A stretch of DNA of 64,000 nt. It comes from Candidatus Micrarchaeota archaeon (GTDB taxonomy: Archaea; Micrarchaeota; Micrarchaeia; Micrarchaeales; CABMGC01). Where the stretch lies: contig JAJYYF010000019.1 in assembly GCA_021801225.1 (NCBI GenBank), positions 5,494 through 69,493 on the forward strand, in the 5' to 3' direction. Below, in pieces: positions 1 through 9,677 of the stretch. The position numbers were made by a program, and so were the translations under genes. The notes beneath the pieces were generated by a model. The model made no database searches. It had not been told where the DNA came from and saw nothing but the letters and a program-made list of their open reading frames with translations. Numbering within the stretch: position 1 is the first letter of the stretch; every line of letters starts with the position of its first letter.

Positions 1-587
1 GTGTTAGAAGAGTTGTCAATACTTTTTTTGGAGCAATGCAAACAGTAACTACTTGTAATGAATGTGGTGGTTCAGGAAGTTTCTTTGAAAAGAAATGTAA
101 GGACTGCAGAGGAAAAGGAGGTATTTACAAAACAGAAAAAGTTGACGTTAAGATTCCACCTGGAGTAAAAGACGGCATGCGACTTAGATTAGAGGAGATG
201 GGAGATTATAGTAAAAATGGTTCTGGTAGTATCTACATTGATATTTCTGTAGCGAAGGATGAGGTCTTTGAAAGAGAGGGTGATGACGTATACACAACAG
301 TTAATGTTCCATTTTATACAGCTATAATTGGTGGAGAGGTAGAAGTGCCTACATTGGATGGCTTTAAAAAAATAAACATAAACTCAGGAACACAGAACAA
401 CACAGAGATAAAGTTAAAAAATCAAGGAATAAAAAGATTAGGAACACAGTCTTATGGTGATGAGATAATCACATTGGAAATAGACATACCAAAAACAATA
501 ACAAAACAGGAAGAGGAGCTCATTAAACAGTTTAGAGATATTCACGGTTCTAATCAAAAAGACAAAAAAAAATTTAACTTTTTCTAA
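1..587 (+). CDS. dnaJ: DnaJ/Hsp40 co-chaperone, C-terminal part (5' end lies outside the window)
   Basis: The frame is open from the window edge. It has CxxCxGxG zinc-finger repeats (CNECGGSG, CKDCRGKG) followed by a DnaJ C-terminal domain. Confidence 0.85.
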   Translation, partial: VRRVVNTFFGAMQTVTTCNECGGSGSFFEKKCKDCRGKGGIYKTEKVDVKIPPGVKDGMRLRLEEMGDYSKNGSGSIYIDISVAKDEVFEREGDDVYTTVNVPFYTAIIGGEVEVPTLDGFKKININSGTQNNTEIKLKNQGIKRLGTQSYGDEIITLEIDIPKTITKQEEELIKQFRDIHGSNQKDKKKFNFF

Positions 588-723
588 TTTTATTGAGGTT
601 TACTCACTTCTAAAAAATTTACTATATATAACAACCTTCATCTCAAATTTGTTGAAAAACAATCAAATCCTATTCTAAAAAGAAAGATATAAATTATTTA
701 AATATGATTAAATAAGTGATAGG

Positions 724-1686
724 ATGGGTACATTTAAGACAATTGGACAAAATAACTCAAATCAAGAAAAAGAAGGTTCTAGACAAGAAAATAATCTAAG
801 AGTAAATACTGTTGATAGTAATTATTTAGGGATTATTGACAAGGTATTAAAGTTAGGAAGTTGGAAACAAAACAGAACAGGGATAAAAACACTTGCTATA
901 GCAGGCGCGATGTTTGAGCACGATATGAAAAATGGTTTTCCATTACTTACTACTAAAAAGATGCCGTTCAAGGTAATAGCATCTGAACTTGAATTTTTTA
1001 TAAAAGGAAAAACTGATAAAAAATGGCTACAAGAACATAATAACCACCTATGGGACGAGTGGGCTTCTCCTAAAAAAGCACCATATGGACATGATGAAGA
1101 ATCTAAAAAAAGGATGTCAGAAGAAAATGATTTAGGTCCTATTTATGGTTTTCAATGGAGACATTTTGATGGAGTTTATCAAGGTTTAAATCATGATTAT
1201 ACCTCTGAAGGAGTAGATCAACTTGCAAATGTAGTTAAAAAACTTAAAGAAGATCCGACTGACAGAAGAATGATAGTTTCAGCATGGAATCCTAAACAAA
1301 TAAATGAGATGGCTCTGCCTCCTTGTCATTATGGTTTTCAAGTTACAGTAATAAATAACGAGTTAAATTTATTGTGGAATCAACGTTCTGTAGATACAAT
1401 GATAGGTTTACCCTTCAATATTGCAAGTTATGGAATATTACTTCATCTTCTAGCCAAAGATGCAGGATTAAAAGAGGGCAAATTAATAGGATTTTTAGGC
1501 GATGTTCATATATACGAAAATCATTTGCAAGGTGCAAAGGAGCAGCTACAAAGGGATCCTTATAAATTTAAACTGCCTACAATAAAAACAGAGAACTTTA
1601 CTGATATTTTCAGTTGGGTGTGTGAAAGTACTAGCATTGAAAATTATGAATCTTATCCAAAAATAACATTTGATATTGCTGTTTGA
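724..1686 (+). CDS. thyA: Thymidylate synthase ThyA (folate-dependent)
   Basis: Motifs QNRTG, DLGPIYGFQWRHF, catalytic Cys in ALPPCHYGFQ, and IGLPFNIASY. There is a ~25-aa N-terminal extension. Confidence 0.95.
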   Translation: MGTFKTIGQNNSNQEKEGSRQENNLRVNTVDSNYLGIIDKVLKLGSWKQNRTGIKTLAIAGAMFEHDMKNGFPLLTTKKMPFKVIASELEFFIKGKTDKKWLQEHNNHLWDEWASPKKAPYGHDEESKKRMSEENDLGPIYGFQWRHFDGVYQGLNHDYTSEGVDQLANVVKKLKEDPTDRRMIVSAWNPKQINEMALPPCHYGFQVTVINNELNLLWNQRSVDTMIGLPFNIASYGILLHLLAKDAGLKEGKLIGFLGDVHIYENHLQGAKEQLQRDPYKFKLPTIKTENFTDIFSWVCESTSIENYESYPKITFDIAV

Positions 1687-2181
1687 ATGGAACTGAATAT
1701 AATAGTTGCTATGTCTATAAATGGAGTAATAGGGAAAGATAACAAAGTACCCTGGAGAATAAAAGAGGATATGCTTCTTTTCAAAGGCTTAACGACAAAC
1801 AGGACAGTTATAATGGGTAAAAATACATGGTTATCCTTACCTAATACATTTAGACCATTACCAAATAGAAATAACATAATAGTAAGTAAAACTCTTCCAG
1901 AACAAGAAGGAGCATTTGTATGTAAAAGTGTAGAGGAAGCGCTTGAACTTTCAAAAAGATTTGACTGCGATGCTTATTGCATTGGAGGTGCAAAACTTTA
2001 TTCACAAATGCTTCCTATTTCTAGCATACTTCATATCTCACTAGTTAAGGGTATATATGAAGGAGATACTTATTTTCCTGAAATAAATTATGATGAGTGG
2101 ACTCTTCAAGAAACAGTTGATTTTGAAAATTTCGTATATAAAAGATACATAAGAAAGGCACCAAACAACTTAAATATCTGA
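1687..2181 (+). CDS. folA: Dihydrofolate reductase
   Basis: Motifs VIGKDNKVPW, VIMGKNTW and CIGGAKLY. The ATG directly follows the thyA TGA. Confidence 0.9.
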   Translation: MELNIIVAMSINGVIGKDNKVPWRIKEDMLLFKGLTTNRTVIMGKNTWLSLPNTFRPLPNRNNIIVSKTLPEQEGAFVCKSVEEALELSKRFDCDAYCIGGAKLYSQMLPISSILHISLVKGIYEGDTYFPEINYDEWTLQETVDFENFVYKRYIRKAPNNLNI

Positions 2182-2223
2182 AAATCATAATATCAAATTA
2201 GTAATTTATTCTTAGGTAAGAAT

Positions 2224-2985
2224 ATGGACTTTAAATATAGAAACAACGGCCATTATAAAAACCATATTAACAGCAATATTAATGATACTAAAAATATTAG
2301 TAAAAGCAACAATCATTTATTTTCAGGAAAAAAGGTCTGGTTATTTGATTTTGATGGGGTTTTAGTACCTGCGCCAAATGAAGAGGACTGTAAAAAGTTT
2401 ATTTCTAATGCTATAACTTTAATTTCTGATTTGAAAGGGATAAGTAGAGAAAGCAGTGCAAAAATGTATACTGATACTGTTAAAAAAAATAATGTTAACT
2501 TGCATGAGTTTTTTATAAACAACTTCCCCGAATTAGATGGAAAAATAATGATGTCAAAGGTATTTGGAGAGTATAATAAAAAATATCAAAGTTTAGAATC
2601 AGATCCCAATATTATAAAGATCATTAAAAAGCTTTCAAGGGATGGTATTAGAATGGGTGTTTTTACAAATAACACTACAGATACAGTAAGCAGTACAATG
2701 AAAAGATTGGGTTATCTTAAGCATTTTGAGCAGGTAATCGCTTATGAACAATCATATCCATTTATCAAACCAGAAGAGTCTTCATATAAAATAGCTTCCG
2801 AGCATTTTGAGGTTTTAAATAAAGACATACTCTTTATAGATGACTCAGAAGAAAACGTCAGAGTTTCTAAAAAACTTGGGATTGTATCAATACGAGTATC
2901 TGAAACAAAGCATGAACCAGAGGTAGCTGATATCACGGTCAAAAATTCTGAAGCATTGTTAAAATTAATAAGAGAAAATAAATAA
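2224..2985 (+). CDS. HAD-superfamily hydrolase/phosphatase
   Basis: HAD motif I FDFDGVL and a C-terminal acidic motif FIDDSEEN. There is an unusual ~36-aa Asn-rich N-terminal extension. Confidence 0.7.
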   Translation: MDFKYRNNGHYKNHINSNINDTKNISKSNNHLFSGKKVWLFDFDGVLVPAPNEEDCKKFISNAITLISDLKGISRESSAKMYTDTVKKNNVNLHEFFINNFPELDGKIMMSKVFGEYNKKYQSLESDPNIIKIIKKLSRDGIRMGVFTNNTTDTVSSTMKRLGYLKHFEQVIAYEQSYPFIKPEESSYKIASEHFEVLNKDILFIDDSEENVRVSKKLGIVSIRVSETKHEPEVADITVKNSEALLKLIRENK

Positions 2986-4335
2986 TTAATTTTTCATTTC
3001 TGGATATAATGGAAATTTTGCTGTTAAGTTAATAACATTTTCTCTAACTTTTTTAATCTGTTCGTTGTGATTTAACCCTTCTCTGAAATTTTTAATGTAA
3101 GTTAAACGCTCTTCTTTTGATTGTGGAAGTTTGTTTTCTTTTATAGAAGAAAGTATCTGTGTTATATAACTTGCTATTTCTTTCATCTCTGATTCTTTCA
3201 TTCCTCGAGATGTTATTGCCGGAGTGCCCATCCTAATTCCACTAGGGTAAAATGGTGATGAACGTTCTCCTGGAACTGTATTTTTGTTTAATGTTATCCC
3301 GGCTTTATCAAGCGCTTCTTGAGCAAATACTCCGAACCCTGGAGAGATATCACTTAAATCTGCCAAAATCATATGATTATCAGTGCCTTTTGTAACTAAA
3401 TTAATTCCTTGTTCCATCAATGCTGTTGCTAAAGCCTTTGCATTAAGAACTACTTGTTTTGCATATGAAACAAACTCAGGACTCGATGCTTGTTTAAGGG
3501 CTATTGCAATAGCCGCAGTTATGTGATCGTGAGGACCACCTTGCATACCTGGGAAAACAGATTTATCTATTTTTGAAGGAAGATCAGGATCCTTTTCTAT
3601 ACCTTTTTTCGTTACCATTATTATTGCTCCTCTAGGACCACGCAGAGTTTTGTGTGTTGTAGTTGTAATAATATCTACATAAGGGACAGGACTTTCATGA
3701 ACTCCTGCTATTACAAGGCCTGAAATATGTGATATATCTGCAGCAAGATACGCACCTACCGAATGTGCTATCTCACTAAACTCTTTAAATGGTAACTTTC
3801 TCACATAAGCAGTTGAACCTATCCAAATTAACTTTGGTTTATTCTGCTCTGCTAATTTTCTTACTTCATCGATATTTATGTAACCCTCATCTGTAACACC
3901 ATACTGGACACTTTTGAATAACTGACCAGTAGCACTTGAGTTCCATCCATGCGTTAAATGGCCACCTGAAGTTAAACTCTGCCCCATTATTACATCTCCT
4001 GGAGAACAGACTGAAAGATAAACCTCCATATTTGCAGGAGATCCAGAATAAGGCTGGACATTTACATGTTCAACATTGAATAAAGCTTTAGCGCGTGATA
4101 TTGCAAGTTTTTCAATTTCATCAATAAACTCATTTCCACCATAGTACCTTTTTCCAGGATAACCTTCAGAATATTTATTTGTAAGAATGCTACCCATAGC
4201 TTGCATTACGGCTTCTGTTGTAAAATTTTCAGAAGGTATCAACTCTATAGAACTTCTTTGTCTATCCAACTCATTTTTCATCAATGAAAAAATTTCTTCA
4301 TCTTGTTCCTTCACTTCAGATAAATACTCCATCAT
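2986..4335 (-). CDS. glyA: Serine hydroxymethyltransferase
   Basis: PLP-lysine motif TTTTHKTLRGPRG. Full-length SHMT-like at 449 aa. Confidence 0.95.
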   Translation of the reverse strand: MMEYLSEVKEQDEEIFSLMKNELDRQRSSIELIPSENFTTEAVMQAMGSILTNKYSEGYPGKRYYGGNEFIDEIEKLAISRAKALFNVEHVNVQPYSGSPANMEVYLSVCSPGDVIMGQSLTSGGHLTHGWNSSATGQLFKSVQYGVTDEGYINIDEVRKLAEQNKPKLIWIGSTAYVRKLPFKEFSEIAHSVGAYLAADISHISGLVIAGVHESPVPYVDIITTTTHKTLRGPRGAIIMVTKKGIEKDPDLPSKIDKSVFPGMQGGPHDHITAAIAIALKQASSPEFVSYAKQVVLNAKALATALMEQGINLVTKGTDNHMILADLSDISPGFGVFAQEALDKAGITLNKNTVPGERSSPFYPSGIRMGTPAITSRGMKESEMKEIASYITQILSSIKENKLPQSKEERLTYIKNFREGLNHNEQIKKVRENVINLTAKFPLYPEMKN

Positions 4336-5318
4336 AAAGACCCATTTTTATCCTTAATTAATTTTCTTAATGTGATAAGTAAAGCACTCATTGAAATTAT
4401 CGCTACAACTATAAATAAAATTATAAAAAATGTTTGAGTTGGAAGCTCTAATAAAAAGAATATTGCAAATGCAATGCTTATGAATGAAAATAATGGTGGT
4501 ATTGCAGGTAAACCAACCTTGTATTTTCTTAAAATAAACATTGTTGTTAAAACACCTAAACCTGAAAATACAACAATCAACGCTGAAAGAAATAAGTTAC
4601 CTATTGCTGCATATGCGCCAGTAGCTACAGCTGCCGGAAGCATTATATCTCCATTGCCTAACATTATGCTTGATAAGGTAGGTACACTTCCCCTTTTAAC
4701 TATCTCTTTTAAATGTTCAGAATAATGCTTGTTCTTTTTTACAAAATCATTAAACTCAGATACCTCTTTTTTACTTAATTCTCCCTTCGGTATAGCTTCT
4801 ATGTCTGATGAGCTTATCATGAATGCAAGATTCATATTGACTGCTTGTTTTGCCATCGGTATCATAAACTTCATAACAAAAACAGCTAAGTAATCATAAA
4901 CAGCAAAGGCTCCCATTAATAAATATAAAAGAAGAATATTTCCAAAGCCAACGCCTATCAATGTACCTAATCCAACACTACTTAAGAGTGTCGTTATATT
5001 TCTTATTTTAGGGCTTTGATTTTTTTTAGTTTTAATGAATAAAAGCATTAATGAAAGTATAAATGCAATTATAATTCCATAAATAATTGAGATATATCCT
5101 GCTAAGAGTGACATAAGTATAAGAAAAAAGAATGTTCCAGAACCTAAAATTACTATATATCCTTCTAAAATTCTGAATATTGTATTATTTTTATATAGCT
5201 TAAAAATAAATGAAAAAATTAAGGCTATTACAACTATGTCTAAAATTATTGAAACTACAGTGCTGAGTACATTTGTAGGTGACGCTATTATATTTTCTAA
5301 TTCAAATGCATAAGGCAA
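4332..5318 (-). CDS. Presenilin/signal-peptide-peptidase-like intramembrane aspartyl protease (A22 family); the start is possibly further upstream at 5411
   Basis: Polytopic membrane protein with the YD motif (AVYDYLAV), the GxGD motif (LGNGDIMLP) and a PAL-like motif (LPAIPP). The stop overlaps the glyA ATG (ATGA). The frame stays open and hydrophobic upstream to an ATA at 5411. Confidence 0.7.
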   Translation of the reverse strand: MPYAFELENIIASPTNVLSTVVSIILDIVVIALIFSFIFKLYKNNTIFRILEGYIVILGSGTFFFLILMSLLAGYISIIYGIIIAFILSLMLLFIKTKKNQSPKIRNITTLLSSVGLGTLIGVGFGNILLLYLLMGAFAVYDYLAVFVMKFMIPMAKQAVNMNLAFMISSSDIEAIPKGELSKKEVSEFNDFVKKNKHYSEHLKEIVKRGSVPTLSSIMLGNGDIMLPAAVATGAYAAIGNLFLSALIVVFSGLGVLTTMFILRKYKVGLPAIPPLFSFISIAFAIFFLLELPTQTFFIILFIVVAIISMSALLITLRKLIKDKNGSL

Positions 5319-5424
5319 GCCTAAAATTATTAAAAGGAATGCGAGTAATTGTCCTAAAAGAAATAATGAAAAAATACTGACTATTTGTCTATTTTCTATT
5401 TTTCTTTCTATTCAATACACCTAT

Positions 5425-7503
5425 TTAATCCTCACTTCTTTTAACAATTTTTATAACTCCCTGTCTTGGACTGAATATATCTCCTGTTCTCTCAAGCTCA
5501 AGAAGATACTTGCTTGTTGTATTTCTATCTATTCCTAATTTTTCTGCCTCTTCAAGTATTCTCGCTATCTTTGCGTTATCTTCTTCTGATTCTAATTTTT
5601 TGATTACATTTAATAAATTATTCATCTTGTCTACTTTCTCTCTAGGCATTCCAGTTAACAAAGTATCAATATCCTTTCTTCCTCCTCTATCTACAGCTAA
5701 ACTAGAAAGCATATAATCAAAAAGTGATATTGCTAAATCTGCATCTTTCTTTTCTATCTTATCCGAAAGGCGTGTTTTTGCGCTTGCTTCTGAAAGCCTA
5801 ACTAAACCTTCTATCTGACGAGGTGTAATTGGAACGGCACCCTGCTTCATTCCTATCTTTCTCAACTCTACATAATAATCTTGAATTCTTTGACTTGACT
5901 CATTGTCTAAACGCGGTTTGATATTTTTACGCGCATAAGCAACATACTTTCTCAAAAACTCTGTATTAATTGGTTGTTTCTCTACCTGTGCGTACTCCTT
6001 TTCTTGAGCTATCTGTGCACCTGCTGCTGAGTGTTGTACCATTATATGATTTGCTATCTGTCTGTCACGCTCTTCATCTAGTACGTCAGTTATTGGAAAT
6101 ATTAAATCAAATCTTGAGAGCAAAGCAGGAGAGATATCGAACTGCTCTGCCGGATAAAGGTTTCTATCAAATCTACCATACTTAGGGTTTGCTGCAGCTA
6201 GCACAGAGGTTTTCGCACTGAACTTGGCAACTATACCTGCTTTAGCTACGCTTATGCTCTGTGACTCTAAGGCTTCTAGAAGTGCTGATTTATCCTCATC
6301 ACCTATCTTATCAAACTCATCTATGCTTACCTCACCACCAGAACCTAGTACAAGAGCACCTGCCTTTAAGGTCCATCCTCCTTCTGAAAACTCATCTCTT
6401 TCTGCTGCTGCTGTAAGACCTGCACCGCTTGTAGATTTACCACTAACATAGATACCTTTAGGAACTATCTCAGTTACAGCTTGCAAAAATCTTGTTTTTG
6501 CGCTACCAGGATCTCCTATCAACAACATGTGAATATCACTTCTTATAACTGCACCATCAACTAATCTTTTTTCTGGAGTGCCTCCGAAAAGTTGAAGAAC
6601 GAGCGCTTTTTTAATCTCATTATGGCCGTAAATTGATGGAGCTAATGACTTAGCTATTTTATCAAAAACCTCGGGGTCTTTTGAAAGATCATTTATTATT
6701 ACTTTATCATCTTCTGTTATATCTAACTCGGCAAATTCTTTTTGTTTTGGTTTTATAGAAACAGCTTCAAAAAACATAGTAAATAGTACTTTATCCTCCT
6801 TGCCTCTTGCGTTTCTTCTCGGTTTTATTCTAAGAATTCCAGTAATATCTATCCTATCTCCTGGAATTACACTATTGACTAGATCATCCTCCATCCAGAC
6901 CTCTAACTGCCATGTTGGTGTACTTCCCTTTAATCTTTCTAATGGGTCCTGTACTGCCAATCGTTGTAAATTTGAAAAACGAGAACGTTCCGGATCCTGC
7001 TTTAATGATTTTCTTTTACATTGAGGACATATCTCTACAACTGTGTCCCTCTCCATCTTTATCTCAATTACACTTGCACAAAATAAGCATTTGAAGTAAC
7101 CAATATTAACTTTAGGGGTAATCTCTGATCTTTTAACTACTAATGAGTCTAAAGTTAAAAATTGCCCTATATACTCAGAACCTACATCCTGTATCATAGG
7201 TGATTGAGTTGTGACTCCATAAAATCGTGCATGAACAGGTTCTTTTGCTTCAGGATCAGGATTCATCTTTGTTAAGGCGCTGTTTGCTATAGGTAAAAGT
7301 TCATCAGGTTTATGTATTAACTGCAAGGCTATCTCCGTGTCAAATCTCTCTAAATCGCGTATATCTAAATTAAGGCTTCTAGTTTTCGGATAACCGATAT
7401 ACATATCCTTTATCTGCTCCGAGTAGTAATTATTTAAAAATTCAGAGAACTTCTCCTCTAATTCAGAGCTTGCTATTTCATCCACAGTATCACCCCTATG
7501 CAT
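5425..7503 (-). CDS. mcm: MCM replicative helicase
   Basis: Zn finger CLFC...CPQC, Walker A GDPGSAKT, Walker B IDEFDK, arginine finger SRFDLIF, and a C-terminal winged-helix tail. Confidence 0.95.
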   Translation of the reverse strand: MHRGDTVDEIASSELEEKFSEFLNNYYSEQIKDMYIGYPKTRSLNLDIRDLERFDTEIALQLIHKPDELLPIANSALTKMNPDPEAKEPVHARFYGVTTQSPMIQDVGSEYIGQFLTLDSLVVKRSEITPKVNIGYFKCLFCASVIEIKMERDTVVEICPQCKRKSLKQDPERSRFSNLQRLAVQDPLERLKGSTPTWQLEVWMEDDLVNSVIPGDRIDITGILRIKPRRNARGKEDKVLFTMFFEAVSIKPKQKEFAELDITEDDKVIINDLSKDPEVFDKIAKSLAPSIYGHNEIKKALVLQLFGGTPEKRLVDGAVIRSDIHMLLIGDPGSAKTRFLQAVTEIVPKGIYVSGKSTSGAGLTAAAERDEFSEGGWTLKAGALVLGSGGEVSIDEFDKIGDEDKSALLEALESQSISVAKAGIVAKFSAKTSVLAAANPKYGRFDRNLYPAEQFDISPALLSRFDLIFPITDVLDEERDRQIANHIMVQHSAAGAQIAQEKEYAQVEKQPINTEFLRKYVAYARKNIKPRLDNESSQRIQDYYVELRKIGMKQGAVPITPRQIEGLVRLSEASAKTRLSDKIEKKDADLAISLFDYMLSSLAVDRGGRKDIDTLLTGMPREKVDKMNNLLNVIKKLESEEDNAKIARILEEAEKLGIDRNTTSKYLLELERTGDIFSPRQGVIKIVKRSED

Positions 7504-7532
7504 AGTCTTTATATTTCTAAAGGAATAAAAGA

Positions 7533-9023
7533 GTGTATTGTAAAAGGTTTTATTTCAAGTTTGGTGTTTTTATTAAATATTATATTACTACTCCAATATT
7601 TTATGTTACAAACAAGCCACACATAGGCACCGCTTATACTGTAATTATAGCCGATATTTTATCTAGATGGCATAGATTACTAGGGGATGATGTCTTTTTC
7701 CTTACTGGGACCGATGAACACGGAGAAAAAGTAGACGAAGCAGCTAAAAAGAATAATCAAACACCTCAGGAGTTAGTTGATAAAATATCAAAAAATTTTG
7801 AGGAGTTATGGAAAAGTTTAGAAATAACAAATAATAAATTTATAAGAACAACAGATAAGAAGCATGTAGATACTGTTATTAAATTTCTAATGGAAATTTA
7901 CAAAAAAGGAGATATCTACAAAGGCAATTATGAAGGTTGGTACTGTGTACCTGATGAAACCTTTATAACAGAGTTACAGTTAGTTGATGGAAAATGTCCA
8001 TTTTGCGGAAGAGATGTCAAAAAAATAATTGAGCAAAGTTACTTTTTCAGATTAAGCAAATATCAAAACAAACTTTTAGAACTTTACGAACAAAATCCTA
8101 AATTTTTAATGCCTAAAAATAAATCCCAAGAAATAATAAATAGAGTCAAATCAGGTTTAAACGACATAAGCATCTCAAGGAGTACAGTTAAATGGGGTAT
8201 AGAGCTGCCTATGGAAAAGGATCATACAGTATATGTGTGGTTTGATGCGTTGATAAATTATCTTTCAGCTATAGACTGGCCTAATCAAAATTATAAAAAA
8301 TACTGGCCAGCTGATTTGCATCTTGTTGGAAAAGAAATTAATTGGTTTCATTCAGTCATATGGCCAGCTATGTTATTATCTGTAGGTTTAGATATACCTA
8401 AAACAATATTTTCACATGGGTGGTGGACGGTTGATGGTAAAAAAATGTCTAAATCCCTTGGAAATGTTGTTGATCCTTTAGAAATAACCAAAAAATATGG
8501 AAATGATGCCCTTAGATACTTCTTTGTAAGAGAGGTTCCATTAGGGGACGATGCGGACTTCTCTGAAAAAGCTCTAATATCTAGAATAAATGGAGAGTTA
8601 GTTAATGATTTGGGAAATCTTGTTTATAGAACATTGAGTTTGGCAGAGAAGTTTACAGGAGAAGTAAAAGGCAATAAAGAATTGGAAGAAAAAATCAATC
8701 TTGAAAAAATAAAAGAATATATGACTGATTTTAATACTTTTGAAGCAATAGAAGAAATTTGGTCAATAGTAAGAAATACAAATAAATACATAAATGAAAA
8801 AGAGGCATGGAAACTTTCTGGAGATGAATTAGGTTCTGTACTTTACAATTTATTAGAATCGTTGAGAGTAATATCAATACTTATCTCTCCGTTTATGCCA
8901 GAAACATCAGAAAAAATAAGAAAACAGTTAGGAAATAAAATAGAAAATTTAAGTGATTGCAAATTCAAGGTTTATTCTGGAAAAATAAAAAAGGAAGGAC
9001 ATTTATTTGAAAAAATAAAATAA
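7533..9023 (+). CDS. metG: Methionyl-tRNA synthetase (start codon uncertain)
   Basis: TTPIFY...PHIGTAY (HIGH-type) and KMSKSLGN motifs, plus the CPFCG knuckle. The only canonical start is a GTG at 7533. Confidence 0.9.
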   Translation: MYCKRFYFKFGVFIKYYITTPIFYVTNKPHIGTAYTVIIADILSRWHRLLGDDVFFLTGTDEHGEKVDEAAKKNNQTPQELVDKISKNFEELWKSLEITNNKFIRTTDKKHVDTVIKFLMEIYKKGDIYKGNYEGWYCVPDETFITELQLVDGKCPFCGRDVKKIIEQSYFFRLSKYQNKLLELYEQNPKFLMPKNKSQEIINRVKSGLNDISISRSTVKWGIELPMEKDHTVYVWFDALINYLSAIDWPNQNYKKYWPADLHLVGKEINWFHSVIWPAMLLSVGLDIPKTIFSHGWWTVDGKKMSKSLGNVVDPLEITKKYGNDALRYFFVREVPLGDDADFSEKALISRINGELVNDLGNLVYRTLSLAEKFTGEVKGNKELEEKINLEKIKEYMTDFNTFEAIEEIWSIVRNTNKYINEKEAWKLSGDELGSVLYNLLESLRVISILISPFMPETSEKIRKQLGNKIENLSDCKFKVYSGKIKKEGHLFEKIK

Positions 9024-9551
9024 TTAAATTTTATTTAAAGAAACCGAAGCAAGTTCTTTCCAAGAATAAACAGTTCCAGAAGTAAGATATAACTTAGCCT
9101 TTTTAATTTGTATTTTTTCAATACTTTTGAAATTATCCGATAATGAGTTTGCTATTTTTTTACGTTCATCTTCAGCAATATGTGAATAAATAAGGCTGAT
9201 ATGCGGAGTTAATTCAATCTCGCTTGATTTGAACATAAATTCAGATTTTTTTGCAAAATCTTTGAAGTTTTCCGATAATTTTAATGACAAAAATACACAT
9301 TTAAAATATTCATTATCATAATCAACTCCAGTAACGTCCATCGCAAACTCATTAAATTCTCTAAATGTTTTTTTAAATAACTCTATAGAGTTGTTTTTTA
9401 GCTCGCAATTATTAAACAAAGTAATGTGTGGTTCAAATAAAGGAGAGGAATATTTTTGCGATAGTGTTGAAATTATTGGACTAATAGATGAACTTATCTC
9501 TTTTTGTGGGATAAGCCATACTGAAGCTCCCGCTCCTTTTTCAGAATGCAT
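9024..9551 (-). CDS. 2H phosphoesterase superfamily protein (LigT/cyclic phosphodiesterase-like)
   Basis: Two HxT/S motifs with the expected spacing: PHITL and PHISL. Confidence 0.6.
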   Translation of the reverse strand: MHSEKGAGASVWLIPQKEISSSISPIISTLSQKYSSPLFEPHITLFNNCELKNNSIELFKKTFREFNEFAMDVTGVDYDNEYFKCVFLSLKLSENFKDFAKKSEFMFKSSEIELTPHISLIYSHIAEDERKKIANSLSDNFKSIEKIQIKKAKLYLTSGTVYSWKELASVSLNKI

Positions 9552-9677
9552 AAAATAACTAAGTACCTCAAATATAAAAACAATCTAGTTAAATGTTTTT
9601 ATTTAATTACTAAAATTTTGCTCTTTATTTTTAGGGATAACCTTAAAAAATATAATAATTAAAGTATATTGATTAAA

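Noticed and set aside
5425-7503. Inteins or large insertions in MCM (also checked in PolB, GyrA and GyrB)
   Set aside because: Protein lengths are ordinary, and the catalytic motifs are contiguous with no Cys/Ser...HN splice-junction blocks.
7533-7575. ATT (7572) as the true MetRS start, giving MKYYITTPIFY, as a further non-canonical start case
   Set aside because: An in-frame GTG at 7533 is available. MetRS N-termini vary in length, so this locus does not require a non-canonical start. The same applies to the ATA codons at 37483-37488 upstream of the MFS gene. They are mentioned only as weak context.
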